Notes under the pieces: model-generated
Seen by the model: the letters and a program-made list of their open reading frames with translations, nothing else
Told to the model about the DNA's origin: nothing
The model's database searches: none
Part shown: positions 36,572-49,700 of the stretch, piece after piece
Position numbering within the stretch: the first letter of the stretch is position 1
How the letters are laid out: every line of letters starts with the position of its first letter
Sequence record: GU911519.1
Direction: 5' to 3' (one strand)
Source: Acinetobacter phage Acj61
Length of the DNA: 64,000 bases
Translations under genes and position numbers: made by a program

Positions 36572-37822
36572 ATGATTGCATTACACAAAATCCCATTCGT
36601 AACTGGTCTTCCAGACGATGGTCAAAAAAGTATCACTTGGGTTCGCAATGGCGAACTCTTGGAAGGTGCTTCAACTAAAAAAGGACATGATGGAGTATTG
36701 AATGCTGCAGGTGTCCAAATTCAAGAAAACGTCGTTGTATTGGACGAGAATCTTCGTCTAATCTCTGGCACACTGGATGTGTCAAACGAAAAAATCGAAA
36801 AGATTGAAGAAATTCTTGCTGTCACAGGTAACCTTGATTTGGTCGAACAAGTTAAGAAAAATACCGAGTCAATTGAAGGAATCAATTTCCATTTAGAACA
36901 AACCAATGAGCGTGTCGATCGTATCAGTGCTGATAGTTCACAATTGGTTCTTGATGTTGGTACACGAACAATCAGTTCAGGTACTCGTACCATTTTTGAT
37001 GACTTAGTTTTTGTCAAGTCTACTATTGGACAGAACACAGGCGAAGACATCAATGGTAACACAGTTCCAGGTAATGAAGCAACAGGTCTGACACGTAAAG
37101 TACTCGATGTTACAAAACAGTCACTGAAAAACAAAGATGACGTAGCAATCGTTTCTGCTATTGTTGAATCAGCTGACTTGCCTCAATTGATTGCTAATGA
37201 TGCTCAAATTCGTGCTGAACTTGGTACAAAACCTGTCGATCCAAATGTTCCACCAATCTATTTCCGAATCAACACATTGGAAAATTCTCATATTGAGAAT
37301 AAAGACAAGATTGCTGAAATCTCAACAGAAATTGGACTCGGTGCACGTCATATTGGTACTGAAGTGACATCAAACACAACTCGAATTTTGGCTCTTGAGG
37401 GTACAATCAACACTCCTTCAACAGGTTTGAAACCTCGTGTTGAAGTTCTTGAAGCTACTATTGCTACACCTGGTACAGGCCTCTCAGATCGAGTTGCTAA
37501 GAACACACTTGATATCTCAACAATAAATACAAAAATCGATACCGAACTTACAACAAACATTAAAAACGTTTCAGATTTCGTAGGTTATGGCACTGTTCCT
37601 GCTCCAAAAACATCACTTGCTGGCAAATTGGACACATTGACTGCTCTTCATAACGATACGGCAGCATCAGTACAAGATTTGCAAGTTGAGATTGGAAACA
37701 ACTCAAGTGGTATGAAGGCGGACATCAAGAAACTTCAAGATTCTGTAGCTGCACAAGCTCTAGAAATTAAAGCAATTGATGCTCGATTAAAACTTGTAGA
37801 AGATAAAGTCGCAAATCTTTAA
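36572..37822 (+). CDS. wac: fibritin (wac) neck whisker, coiled coil (416 aa)
   Basis: Long heptad-repeat sequence. Position between gene 12 and gene 13. Confidence 0.7.
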   Translation: MIALHKIPFVTGLPDDGQKSITWVRNGELLEGASTKKGHDGVLNAAGVQIQENVVVLDENLRLISGTLDVSNEKIEKIEEILAVTGNLDLVEQVKKNTESIEGINFHLEQTNERVDRISADSSQLVLDVGTRTISSGTRTIFDDLVFVKSTIGQNTGEDINGNTVPGNEATGLTRKVLDVTKQSLKNKDDVAIVSAIVESADLPQLIANDAQIRAELGTKPVDPNVPPIYFRINTLENSHIENKDKIAEISTEIGLGARHIGTEVTSNTTRILALEGTINTPSTGLKPRVEVLEATIATPGTGLSDRVAKNTLDISTINTKIDTELTTNIKNVSDFVGYGTVPAPKTSLAGKLDTLTALHNDTAASVQDLQVEIGNNSSGMKADIKKLQDSVAAQALEIKAIDARLKLVEDKVANL

Positions 37823-37829
37823 GGCGATA

Positions 37830-37843
37830 GGGCCTTCGGGCCC
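37830..37843 (+). promoter_or_regulatory. stable UUCG-tetraloop hairpin GGGCCTTCGGGCCC (RNA stabiliser or weak terminator)
   Basis: Perfect 5-bp GC stem with a TTCG loop immediately after wac. Confidence 0.5.
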
Positions 37844-37854
37844 ATTGAGGTATT

Positions 37855-38784
37855 ATGTTTACAGAACCAAAAAATCCACAACAGCTAAAGGACTATATCC
37901 TTGAACGACTTGGTGCTCCGATTATCAATATCGAAGTCACAGAATCTCAAGTATATCAATGCATACAACGTTCTCTAGAGCTGTTTGGTGAATATCACTA
38001 TAATGGACTCAACCGAACTTTCAAAGTAATCTACATTGGCGAAGATGAAAAATGGAAAGACGGCGTGTTCGACCTTCAAGACGACAATATTTTTGCTGTT
38101 ACAAAGATTCTTCGTTCAAACACGTCTATGACAAGTTTAATGACAATGGATGGTTCAGCAACTTATCCATGGGCTCAAGACTTTATTTTAGGCATGACTG
38201 GATTCAATGGCGGTAACTCATGTTCTCGTACATTTGGTCCTAACATGTTTGGTGGCGAGCTTGGTTATTTCACAATGATCATGCAGTACTGGAATTTGAT
38301 GCAGAAGATGTTCAATCCAGAGCCTGACTATTGGTACAATGACACAACAGGTCAATTGAAAATCATTGGCAATTTCAAGAAAAATGATTTCTTAGTTCTT
38401 GAAGTATGGACTAAAGCATTTGTTGATACCGAACGTTCAGTTGGAGCTTATGCTGGCTATGGCTATGCTGGCTCACAACAAACGAATAATTGGGGAGTTT
38501 CAGACATTTATGATAATGCTGATCGTCAACAAACCGGTTATTACGCAGGTGAGGAATCAAGTTTGAAACATGGAGCGTTCAATAATCGCTGGGTTAAAGA
38601 CTATGCAACATGTCTAGTTAAGTACACGAATGGCCAAATTCTTGCCAAGCATCAAGGCATGGCATTACCAGGCGGTACAACAGTCGATGGAGTTCGATTG
38701 ATTGATGAGGCTGAACGAGAAATGCTTCGATTACGAGAAGAGCTCGATTCATTGTCACCAGGCTGCCCAATCTTAATAGGATAA
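37855..38784 (+). CDS. 13: gp13 neck protein (309 aa)
   Basis: Size identical to T4 gp13, synteny. Confidence 0.7.
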   Translation: MFTEPKNPQQLKDYILERLGAPIINIEVTESQVYQCIQRSLELFGEYHYNGLNRTFKVIYIGEDEKWKDGVFDLQDDNIFAVTKILRSNTSMTSLMTMDGSATYPWAQDFILGMTGFNGGNSCSRTFGPNMFGGELGYFTMIMQYWNLMQKMFNPEPDYWYNDTTGQLKIIGNFKKNDFLVLEVWTKAFVDTERSVGAYAGYGYAGSQQTNNWGVSDIYDNADRQQTGYYAGEESSLKHGAFNNRWVKDYATCLVKYTNGQILAKHQGMALPGGTTVDGVRLIDEAEREMLRLREELDSLSPGCPILIG

Positions 38785-38787
38785 ATT

Positions 38788-39555
38788 ATGAACACATACG
38801 ATAGTTCACTGTTTGCTAAACTCGGAAACGACACAGGCTACAATCAAACTAATGTTCACAACATCCTCAATCCATACGTAAACTTCCATAAATTTGAAAA
38901 CACTCAAACTCTTCAAGACGCATTGGTTGCAGAATCAGTGCAGATGAGAGGAGTTGAGTGTTACTATTTGCCTCGTGAATTTGCTAATCTTGATTTGCTG
39001 TTCGGTGAAGACCCACAATCAAAATTCAACAAAGCATGGAAATTTGCAGCATATCTACAGTCATTCGAAAATTATAGTGGCTCAAATACTTTCTTTGGAA
39101 AGTTTGGTATGCAGGTCAATGATGAAGTAACATTAGCTATCAATCCAAACTTGTTCAAACACCAATGTAATGGCAAAGAGCCTATCGAAGGTGATTTGAT
39201 CTATTTCGCAATGGACAATTCATTGTTTGAAATCACTTGGGTTGAGCCTTACGATCCATTCTACCAAGTCGGTAAGAACGCAATTCGACGTATAACAGCA
39301 CAAAAATTCATCTACTCAGGTGAAGAGATCAAACCAGAGCTGCAACGAAATGAAGGAATCCACATCCCGGAATTTGATGAGCTTGAACTCAATCCAATCC
39401 ATAATCTCAATGGACGCGCTGACATTTACGAAGACGAGTTCCAAGAATCAAAATTGCTTCAAAAAGAATCGAGTGAATTTGTTCAGCCACATGTTGTCAT
39501 CAACAACAGAGGAACTGAAGCAACTCCATTTGACGATGACTTTATGAGCATGTAA
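38788..39555 (+). CDS. 14: gp14 neck protein (255 aa)
   Basis: Size (T4 256 aa) and synteny. Confidence 0.7.
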   Translation: MNTYDSSLFAKLGNDTGYNQTNVHNILNPYVNFHKFENTQTLQDALVAESVQMRGVECYYLPREFANLDLLFGEDPQSKFNKAWKFAAYLQSFENYSGSNTFFGKFGMQVNDEVTLAINPNLFKHQCNGKEPIEGDLIYFAMDNSLFEITWVEPYDPFYQVGKNAIRRITAQKFIYSGEEIKPELQRNEGIHIPEFDELELNPIHNLNGRADIYEDEFQESKLLQKESSEFVQPHVVINNRGTEATPFDDDFMSM

Positions 39556-39562
39556 CAGCATT

Positions 39563-39570
39563 TATAAATA
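39563..39570 (+). promoter_or_regulatory. late promoter TATAAATA for gene 15
   Basis: TATAAATA followed by the 9-bp hairpin ACCTATTAC/GTAATAGGT (39570-39593) before the RBS. Confidence 0.55.
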
Positions 39571-39605
39571 CCTATTACAGAGACGTAATAGGTATAGGAG
39601 GCGCC

Positions 39606-40429
39606 ATGTTTGGCTATTGGTACAATTCTGCGATGAGACGTTACATCGTCATGATGGGAGATTTGTTTTCACATGTCCAAGTCATGCGTCGCCGAGATGA
39701 TAAGATTGAACTTCAACGAGTTCCTATCACTTATGCATCAAAAGAACGATTCGTAGAAAAATTAAGAGCGATCACATCAGTCAATTCTGAGATGCCGATT
39801 GCTAAAGTAGAAACTATTCTGCCGCGCATGTCACTTCACTTAGTTGACATCGTATACAATGCACCGTATAAGACGAACATTCAAAATCGCTTGGTGCGAA
39901 ATAAGCCAGGTTCTATTGAGACGATTTCTCAGTACAACCCAACGCCAGTCAAAATGATTTTCGAACTCGGTATTTTTACTCGTCATCAAGACGACATGTT
40001 CCAAATCATTGAACAAATTTTTCCATACTTCCAACCACACTTTAATGTTAAGATGACTGAATTGCATCAGAATGACATTAAAATCGATCGTGATATTCGA
40101 GTTGTGTTGCAATCAACAGCAATTGATGAAATGATCGAAACCGACAATTTAACACGTCGTCGATTGGAATGGACACTAATTTTCGAAGTCAATGGATGGA
40201 TTTATCCACCAGTTGCAGACATCGAAGGTGAAATTCGTACGATTTATCTCGATTTCTTTTCAAACGAAAAAGAACTCTCGCCAGAAGGCAGTTTTGAATC
40301 AGTTGACTTCCAAGTCGACCCAGTAGATTCATCACGTGAGGAGTGGGAGAAAAATCGTAAAGTTATAACCTCTCAGAGCGCTGGAAAACCAATTCCACAA
40401 GACCCTGAGCCACCACATGTGAGAGAGCC

Positions 40430-40433
<4 letters not shown>
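39606..40433 (+). CDS. 15: gp15 tail sheath stabiliser / connector (275 aa)
   Basis: Size (T4 272 aa) and synteny. Confidence 0.7.
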
Positions 40434-42750
<2,317 letters not shown>

Positions 42751-42782
42751 TTGAAAAAGCACTCAAATTAAGAGGATTAATA

Positions 42783-44765
42783 ATGCCTTTATTATCTCCG
42801 GGCGTTGAGCTCAAAGAAAATACCACACAAAGCACAGTGGTTCAAAACGCTACTGGTCGTGCAGCTATGGCCGGTAAGTTCCAATGGGGTCCAGCATTCC
42901 AAGTCATCCAAGTTACAAACGAAGTTGAACTTGTTGAAATGTTCGGTCAACCAGACACTCATACTTCTGACTATTTCTTGTCAGCATCAAACTTCTTAGC
43001 GTATGGTAATGACCTTCGTATCGTTCGTGTCGTTAACGTCGAAACAGCTAAGAACGCATCGCCTTTAACCGGTAACCTTAATTGGACAATCACTGCTGGA
43101 GGTTCGAACTATGCTGTTGGTGATACAGTTCGTGTAAAATATCTCACAACTGTTGTTGAACCTGCTGGTAAAGTTACAAAAGTCGACCGTGATGGTAAAA
43201 TTTTGTCTGTGTTCATCCCAAGTGCAAAAATTTCGCAATATGCTAAATCGATTAGCCAATTCCCAGCCCTTAGTGATTCTTGGACAGTTGAGATCGTTTC
43301 AACAGGTTCTGGTATCTCAGGCGCAATCACTGTAGGTGAAGTTGTTACTGATTCTGGAATTATTTTGACAGACCCAGACACATCACTTGAAACCGTGAAC
43401 AGCACTAAGTTCCAAACCGCTATCAAAAAATACGAAATGCCTTCAATCGTTGCATTGTATCCAGGTGAGACTGGTGATCAACTTGAAGTAGAAGTAATTT
43501 CTAAAGATGGTTATGAAGCCGGCGCTGGTAAAGAACTCAACATCTATCCAGATGGCGGTACTCGTACTTCAACAGCAAAAGCAGTATTTGGTTATGGTCC
43601 ACAAACTGAAAACCAATATGCGTTGATCGTTCGTCGTAATGATGCAATCGTTGAGTCAGTTGTTCTTTCAACAGTACGCGGTGAAAAAGACGTGTATGGC
43701 AACAACATCTTCATGGATGACTACTTTGCTAAAGGTTCATCAAACTTCATTTTCGCATCATCAATGAACTGGCCTAAAGGCTTCTCAGGTATTGTGAAAT
43801 TACGTGGTGGTGTATCTGCAAATGATAAAGTTACTGCAGGCGATTTGATGCTTGGTTGGGACAAATTCGTTGATCGCGAAGCATTGTTCGTAAACTTGCT
43901 TATCGCTGGTTCATGCGCTGGTGAATCTGATGAAGTTGCTTCAACAGTTCAGAAACACGTAGTTGCTATTGCTGATGAACGTCAAGATGTATTGGCTCTT
44001 GTATCACCTCCATGTGGCACAATTGTTAATGTACCTCTTATTCGTGCTGTTGATAACCTTATCGATTGGCGTACAGGTCAAGGTACTTATGATACAGCAA
44101 ACATGAACATTGGTTCAACTTACGTTGAAATTGATGGTAACTACAAGTACCAATACGACAAATATAATGACGTGAACCGTTGGGTTCCATTGGCAGCTGA
44201 TATTGCTGGTTTATGTGCTCGTACAGACAACGTATCACAGCCTTGGATGTCACCAGCTGGTTATAACCGTGGTCAAATCTTGAACTGCATCAAATTGGCT
44301 ATCGAACCTCGTCAAGCACAACGTGATCGTTTGTATCAAGAAGGAATCAACCCAGTGACTGGCTTCTCTGGTGGTGATGGCTTCATTCTATTTGGTGATA
44401 AGACAGCTACAAAAGCTCCTACACCATTCGATCGTATCAACGTTCGTCGTTTGTTCAACATGCTCAAGAAAAACATTGGCGATGCTTCAAAATATCGTTT
44501 GTTTGAGATGAATGACGCGTTCACTCGTAGTTCATTCCGTATGGAGACATCTCAATACTTAAGTGGTATTAAAGCATTGGGTGGTATCTATGACTTCCGA
44601 GTTGTATGTGATACTACTAACAACACGCCTGCAGTTATTGATCGTAATGAATTTGTTGCTACGTTTTATATCAAACCGGCGCGGTCGATTAATTACATCA
44701 CTCTTAACTTTGTTGCAACTGCAACAAGTGCAGACTTTGACGAGTTGATTGGCACAAATAATTAA
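42783..44765 (+). CDS. 18: gp18 tail sheath protein (660 aa)
   Basis: Size (T4 659 aa), synteny, and an RBS AAGAGG. Confidence 0.9.
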   Translation: MPLLSPGVELKENTTQSTVVQNATGRAAMAGKFQWGPAFQVIQVTNEVELVEMFGQPDTHTSDYFLSASNFLAYGNDLRIVRVVNVETAKNASPLTGNLNWTITAGGSNYAVGDTVRVKYLTTVVEPAGKVTKVDRDGKILSVFIPSAKISQYAKSISQFPALSDSWTVEIVSTGSGISGAITVGEVVTDSGIILTDPDTSLETVNSTKFQTAIKKYEMPSIVALYPGETGDQLEVEVISKDGYEAGAGKELNIYPDGGTRTSTAKAVFGYGPQTENQYALIVRRNDAIVESVVLSTVRGEKDVYGNNIFMDDYFAKGSSNFIFASSMNWPKGFSGIVKLRGGVSANDKVTAGDLMLGWDKFVDREALFVNLLIAGSCAGESDEVASTVQKHVVAIADERQDVLALVSPPCGTIVNVPLIRAVDNLIDWRTGQGTYDTANMNIGSTYVEIDGNYKYQYDKYNDVNRWVPLAADIAGLCARTDNVSQPWMSPAGYNRGQILNCIKLAIEPRQAQRDRLYQEGINPVTGFSGGDGFILFGDKTATKAPTPFDRINVRRLFNMLKKNIGDASKYRLFEMNDAFTRSSFRMETSQYLSGIKALGGIYDFRVVCDTTNNTPAVIDRNEFVATFYIKPARSINYITLNFVATATSADFDELIGTNN

Positions 44766-44772
44766 TCTTGAT

Positions 44773-44803
44773 GGCTCTCTATAAATAATCAATATAGAGA
44801 GCC
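44773..44803 (+). promoter_or_regulatory. 11-bp hairpin GGCTCTCTATA/TATAGAGAGCC enclosing the late promoter TATAAATA (44780-44787)
   Basis: A perfect inverted repeat after the gene 18 stop, with TATAAATA spanning stem and loop, upstream of the HNH gene. Confidence 0.55.
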
Positions 44804-44816
44804 TATTGAGATAGAG

Positions 44817-45443
44817 ATGATTATTGATCAAACTGTTAAAGTTAAAATTGTCGCAAGTAACTTCAAATATTTTTCTGAACTTGGATATGAGTTGAAGAAG
44901 CTCGAACGTCGTGGTGCTAACCCTCAAATTCTTGATGTCAAAATTGAGCATTTGAAACCAGGATCAAATATGCAAGTTTCATGTCAATGTGATAGATGTT
45001 CAGAAGTGTACACGCAGAGATTCTGTCGAGACACTGACACCTGTTATGCATGTAGAAAACATTTAAGTCTTTTAGGTAACAAGCATGGTGCAGGTGGTGG
45101 ATATACTATCCCTTCTATGCAAGGCGAAAATCACCCTCGTTGGAACCCTAATAAATCTGAAAAACGAAAGTACACAAATGCGTGCAATAAAGTAACAGCA
45201 CAATTTGATTTAAGCGTACTTGAAAATTCTGATAAGCCTAGAGGTTTATGTGGTGTTGAAGGCGCATATCAACTTGATCATATCATTCCTATCCAATACG
45301 GATTTGAAAATAGTATCCCGCCAGAAATTATTGGACATATCGATAATCTCCAATTTATTCCATGGGAAGAAAATAATGCTAAACGAGACAAATTACTAAA
45401 GGAGATTCCTAATGGAATTGACCGATTTAACACGCGCGTTTGA
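44817..45443 (+). CDS. HNH homing endonuclease (208 aa), inserted between genes 18 and 19
   Basis: Cys-rich N-terminus, 'ENHPRWN', 'YQLDHIIP...N' HNH motif. Its 3' end overlaps the gene 19 start by 32 nt. Confidence 0.8.
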   Translation: MIIDQTVKVKIVASNFKYFSELGYELKKLERRGANPQILDVKIEHLKPGSNMQVSCQCDRCSEVYTQRFCRDTDTCYACRKHLSLLGNKHGAGGGYTIPSMQGENHPRWNPNKSEKRKYTNACNKVTAQFDLSVLENSDKPRGLCGVEGAYQLDHIIPIQYGFENSIPPEIIGHIDNLQFIPWEENNAKRDKLLKEIPNGIDRFNTRV

Positions 45444-45903
45444 GTCTGGCGACTTTGCACGTCCGAACTTGTTTGAAGTAGAAATCCCTTATCTTGGTAA
45501 GAATTTTAGCTTCAAATGTAAAGCTGCTGCGATGCCAGCTGCTAATGTAGACAAAATTGCTGTTGGCTACATGAACCGAAAATTAAACGTTGCTGGTGAC
45601 CGAACATTTGATGATTGGAACTGCACAATTTATTCTGATGACAAGCATGAAACACGTCAAGCGATTCTCGATTGGCAAAACATGGCACATGGTCAGGGTA
45701 ACGAAATCACTGGTGCTACACCGGCTGAGTACAAGAAACAAGCTATTGTTCGTCAATTTGCTCGTGATGGTAAGACAATTACAAAAGAGTACACCATCTA
45801 CGGTCTGTGGCCTACAGTTGTTGGTGAAGTACAACTTGACTGGGATACCAACTCAGAAGTTGAAACGTTCGAATCAACATTCGCATTAGACTGGTGGTTG
45901 TAA
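45412..45903 (+). CDS. 19: gp19 tail tube protein (163 aa)
   Basis: Size identical to T4 gp19, synteny. Confidence 0.85.
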   Translation: MELTDLTRAFESGDFARPNLFEVEIPYLGKNFSFKCKAAAMPAANVDKIAVGYMNRKLNVAGDRTFDDWNCTIYSDDKHETRQAILDWQNMAHGQGNEITGATPAEYKKQAIVRQFARDGKTITKEYTIYGLWPTVVGEVQLDWDTNSEVETFESTFALDWWL

Positions 45904-45910
45904 TCTGATG

Positions 45911-45950
45911 TGCACCTGATTGGTATAAATAATCTTATCAATCGGGTGCA
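45911..45950 (+). promoter_or_regulatory. 12-bp hairpin with the late promoter TATAAATA (45924-45931) in its loop, upstream of gene 20
   Basis: TGCACCTGATTG ... CAATCGGGTGCA with one G.T wobble. TATAAATA sits in the loop. Confidence 0.55.
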
Positions 45951-45966
45951 ATCTGTAGGAGGATAT

Positions 45967-47532
45967 ATGCTAGGAGATCAAAACGTTTTAAAAATGTTTA
46001 GTTTTTGGCAGAAAGTAGACACCACAGAATACGACAACCTTATCAATAACAACTCAGAATCAATCACCGCTCCAAAATTTGATGACGGAGCTCAAGAAAT
46101 TGAGTCAGGCTCAGTTGAAGCAGCTTACACAGGTGTAATGCAGCAACTATATGGTGGTACTGATTCAAATGCGAAATCGACTCGTGAGTTAATTGACGTT
46201 TATCGTAGTTTGATGAATAACTACGAAGTTGATAATGCTGTTCAGGAAATCGTTTCCGATGCAGTTGTGTATGAAGAAGGGCATAATCCTGTCTCAATTG
46301 GTTTAGATCAAACTGGATTCAGTGCTAACATTAAAGACAAAATTTTAGAAGAGTTCAATGTCATTTTGAATTCGTTGAATTTCCAACGAAAGGGTGCTGA
46401 TCATTTCAGACGTTGGTATGTCGATTCTCGTGTGTTCTTCCACAAAATTATCGACCCTAAACGCCCTAAGGATGGTATTCTCGAACTTCGACGTCTCGAT
46501 CCGCGAAATGTTCAATTCATTCGTGAAATCGTAACTGAGAATGAGGCAGGTGTCAAAGTTGTTAAAGGCTATAAAGAGTACTTTATTTACGACACAGCCA
46601 ATGAATCGTATGCGTGTGGAGCTCAAATCTTTGCACCTGGTACCAAAATCAAGATTCCTTACTCGGCAATGGTCTATGCTCATTCTGGCTTAGTTGATTG
46701 TTGTGGTAAAAATATTATTGGCTACTTGCATCGTGCAATTAAGCCAGCGAACCAATTAAAAATGCTTGAAGATGCGATGGTAATTTATCGTATCACACGT
46801 GCACCTGATCGTCGAATTTTCTACATCGATACAGGGAACATGCCTTCTAAAAAGGCTGCTCAGCACATGCAGCACATTATGAATTCGATGCGAAATCGTG
46901 TAGTTTATGATGCTGCTACAGGTAAAATCAAAAATAATCAGAACAACATGGCGTTGACTGAAGATTATTGGTTGCAACGACGTGATGGTAAGGCTGTTAC
47001 TGAAGTTGATACATTGCCTGGTATGACGGGAATGAATGAGATGGATGACATCTTATACTTCCGTAAAGCTCTTTATATGGCTCTTCGTGTGCCTTTATCT
47101 CGTATCCCAGACGAACAGACTCAATCAATGTTCGATGCAGGTACAACGATTTCACGTGATGAGTTGCAATTTGACAAATTTATTGCTTCGCTTCAACATA
47201 AGTTTGAAGAGATTTTTCTCAATCCTCTTAAGTCGAACCTATTGCTTAAACGCATTATCACAGACGATGAGTGGAAAGACGAAATAAATAATATAAAGAT
47301 TGTGTTCCACAAAGATTCGTATTTCGCTGAATTGAAAGACGTTGAACTTGACGAACGCAGAATCAACATTCTATCTTTAGCAGAACCGTATGTTGGTAAG
47401 TACATTTCTCACCAAACAGCGATGCGTAAGTACTTACGTATGTCTGACGAAGACATTGAGACCGAGCAAAAGCTAATTAAAGAAGAATTGTCGAACAAAA
47501 TTTTTAATCCACCAGACGAAGAGGAAATCTAA
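45967..47532 (+). CDS. 20: gp20 portal vertex protein (521 aa; start at the Met after RBS GGAGGA)
   Basis: Size (T4 524 aa), synteny, N-terminal 'NVLKMFSFW'. The upstream in-frame extension from 45910 is probably untranslated. Confidence 0.85.
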   Translation: MLGDQNVLKMFSFWQKVDTTEYDNLINNNSESITAPKFDDGAQEIESGSVEAAYTGVMQQLYGGTDSNAKSTRELIDVYRSLMNNYEVDNAVQEIVSDAVVYEEGHNPVSIGLDQTGFSANIKDKILEEFNVILNSLNFQRKGADHFRRWYVDSRVFFHKIIDPKRPKDGILELRRLDPRNVQFIREIVTENEAGVKVVKGYKEYFIYDTANESYACGAQIFAPGTKIKIPYSAMVYAHSGLVDCCGKNIIGYLHRAIKPANQLKMLEDAMVIYRITRAPDRRIFYIDTGNMPSKKAAQHMQHIMNSMRNRVVYDAATGKIKNNQNNMALTEDYWLQRRDGKAVTEVDTLPGMTGMNEMDDILYFRKALYMALRVPLSRIPDEQTQSMFDAGTTISRDELQFDKFIASLQHKFEEIFLNPLKSNLLLKRIITDDEWKDEINNIKIVFHKDSYFAELKDVELDERRINILSLAEPYVGKYISHQTAMRKYLRMSDEDIETEQKLIKEELSNKIFNPPDEEEI

Positions 47533-47756
47533 TGGATGATCTAATTCAAGCCATTGCTTCCAGCGATTTTGTTAAAGTAAAGCAATGTTTTAATGAAGCG
47601 ATGGAACAGCGTAAAGAGTCAGTTATTGCTGAACAACGCAAACTCATTGCATCAAGCGTTATGATCGAAGGCGAAGTAGTTGTTGAAGCCGAAGACGACG
47701 TTGATGACGATGGCAAAACTAAAGACGAAGATGACGAAGATGACGAGGACGAGTAA
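47532..47756 (+). CDS. 67: gp67 prohead core protein (74 aa, acidic C-terminus)
   Basis: Size, synteny, D/E-rich tail. Confidence 0.6.
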   Translation: MDDLIQAIASSDFVKVKQCFNEAMEQRKESVIAEQRKLIASSVMIEGEVVVEAEDDVDDDGKTKDEDDEDDEDE

Positions 47757-48175
47757 TGATTATTGTCGAAAACCAAGTTGTTTTTGATGACGTTAATGCC
47801 TTGCTACCTGAAGCCCAGTCTCGTTTTGATAGCCTTTCAAAGGTGTTTAGCCAAGACGAGATTCGTTCTTTGACTGAAAATTTGGTAAAATCAGAACCAT
47901 TAGTTGCTATTGCGCTCGGTTCGATTAACGAAAATATTCAGTTGAATGAGTTCATTGTTAAACATGTATCCGCTAAGGGTGAAGTTACAAAAACTCAAGA
48001 CCGAAAAACTCGTGAACGTAAAGCGTTCCAAACAACTGGCCTTTCAAAATCAGCACGTCGTCAAATTGCTCGCAAGGCTGCCAAGACAAAAAAGGCTAAT
48101 CCATCTGAAAAAGTTCGCACTGTCAAAAAACACAAAAAGGCGATGGATAAGCGTAAACGATTAGGACTTGACTAA
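47756..48175 (+). CDS. 68: gp68 prohead core protein (139 aa)
   Basis: Size (T4 141 aa), synteny, basic C-terminus. Confidence 0.6.
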   Translation: MIIVENQVVFDDVNALLPEAQSRFDSLSKVFSQDEIRSLTENLVKSEPLVAIALGSINENIQLNEFIVKHVSAKGEVTKTQDRKTRERKAFQTTGLSKSARRQIARKAAKTKKANPSEKVRTVKKHKKAMDKRKRLGLD

Positions 48176-48819
48176 TGACACAAGAACTCCAATTGCTCGT
48201 TGAGCATTGGGGTCAGCCTTACGATGTATCAGAAATCAAAGCTACTCAGTTAGATGAATCTTCATCAACTGGACTGCGACCTGGGCTGTACATTGAAGGA
48301 ATTTTCTTGCAAGCCAACGTTGTGAATCGAAACAAGCGAATGTACCCGAAGTCAATTTTGGAACAAGCGATTGATCGTTATATGACTGAGCAAGTGAAGA
48401 CCTGTCAAGCTTTAGGTGAATTAAATCATCCACCTCGAGCTATGGTTGACCCAATGCAAGCTGCCATTATTATCGAAGATATGTGGTGGGAAGGCGATAA
48501 TGTTTATGGTCGGGCTCGAGTCGTCGAAGGCGATAACGGAGCTGGAGATAAATTAGCCGCATTGATTCGTGCTGGGTGGAAACCTGGTGTATCGAGTCGT
48601 GGACTCGGACAAGTCAAATCTTCAGGACGAGGTTATAATATCGTTCAGGAAGGATTCCGTCTCACCGTAGGTGTGGACGTAGTTTGGGGACCTAGTGCTC
48701 CAGATGCATGGGTAACTCCTAAAGAGATTACCGAAAGCGTTGTGGAAGACACAGTGGTTACAAAACCAAGCGCTGATTCTGCATTTAATTCTCTCATTGA
48801 GAACATGAATGCGTTATAA
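48175..48819 (+). CDS. 21: gp21 prohead core scaffold / protease (214 aa)
   Basis: Size (T4 212 aa) and synteny. Confidence 0.8.
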   Translation: MTQELQLLVEHWGQPYDVSEIKATQLDESSSTGLRPGLYIEGIFLQANVVNRNKRMYPKSILEQAIDRYMTEQVKTCQALGELNHPPRAMVDPMQAAIIIEDMWWEGDNVYGRARVVEGDNGAGDKLAALIRAGWKPGVSSRGLGQVKSSGRGYNIVQEGFRLTVGVDVVWGPSAPDAWVTPKEITESVVEDTVVTKPSADSAFNSLIENMNAL

Positions 48820-48823
48820 ATAA
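48816..48823 (+). promoter_or_regulatory. late promoter TATAAATA for gene 22
   Basis: Exact motif overlapping the gene 21 stop codon. Confidence 0.55.
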
Positions 48824-48850
48824 AATTATACAAAATCACAGGAACTTGAA

Positions 48851-49675
48851 ATGCTGAAAGATCAATTACTTAAAGAAGCTCAAGAAATTGAAGCTTCTGT
48901 AGAATTAGACAGTATTTTTGAATCAGTAGAACTTTCTGAAGATGTTAAAAGCAAATTCAGCACTGTATTCGAATCTACCGTCAAAAAACACGCTATTGCG
49001 TTAGCGGAAAGCCACATCATTGCAATCGCTGAAAAAGCTGATGCTCTAGTCGAATCACAAGTTGAAGCTAAGGCAACTGAAGCTGAGCAAAAATTTGTTG
49101 AAAAAGCCGACAAATTTTTCGAGCACATCGCAAAAGAATGGCTTACTGAAAACCAAGTCGAAATCCATAAAGGCATCAAAGCTGACTTATTTGAGTCAAT
49201 GTTCAGTGGTCTTAAGACTTTAGTCGTTGAACATAATGTTGTACTTCCTGAAGAATCTGTTGACATCGTTGCAGAAATGGAAGACGAACTTACTGAATCT
49301 AAGCAAGAAGCAACAAACTTGTTTGAACAAACAGTTGCACTTCGTAAAGAAGTTGATACACTTAAACGTGATCAAGCTATTGTTGAAGCAACCCGCGAAT
49401 TGACTGAAAGCCAAAAAGAAAAGGTAGAAGGTTTGATCGAAGGACTTGCGTATAGCGATTCATTTGAGACCAAATTGACTGCTATCGTCGAAATGGCTAC
49501 TGCCGCTAAGACTGCAGAAAAACCACTCGTTGAAAGCGAAATAAATAAAAATGTAACTGCTGACACGCCAGATGGCCTTGATTATGTTGTTGAAGCTGTT
49601 GAACCAGCATCAGACACTAAGGCAACTACTTCACCACGTATGTCATCATATGTGAACTCAGCAACTCGTATCTAA
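48851..49675 (+). CDS. 22: gp22 prohead core scaffold protein (274 aa)
   Basis: Acidic coiled-coil protein. Size (T4 269 aa) and synteny. Confidence 0.75.
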   Translation: MLKDQLLKEAQEIEASVELDSIFESVELSEDVKSKFSTVFESTVKKHAIALAESHIIAIAEKADALVESQVEAKATEAEQKFVEKADKFFEHIAKEWLTENQVEIHKGIKADLFESMFSGLKTLVVEHNVVLPEESVDIVAEMEDELTESKQEATNLFEQTVALRKEVDTLKRDQAIVEATRELTESQKEKVEGLIEGLAYSDSFETKLTAIVEMATAAKTAEKPLVESEINKNVTADTPDGLDYVVEAVEPASDTKATTSPRMSSYVNSATRI

Positions 49676-49700
49676 TTTTCTACCACAGGTAATTTAACAC

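Noticed and set aside
45910-45966. N-terminal extension of gp20 (ORF track start at 45910)
   Set aside because: The extension is read through the promoter hairpin and lacks an RBS. The Met at 45967 is preceded by GGAGGA and matches the usual gp20 N-terminus.
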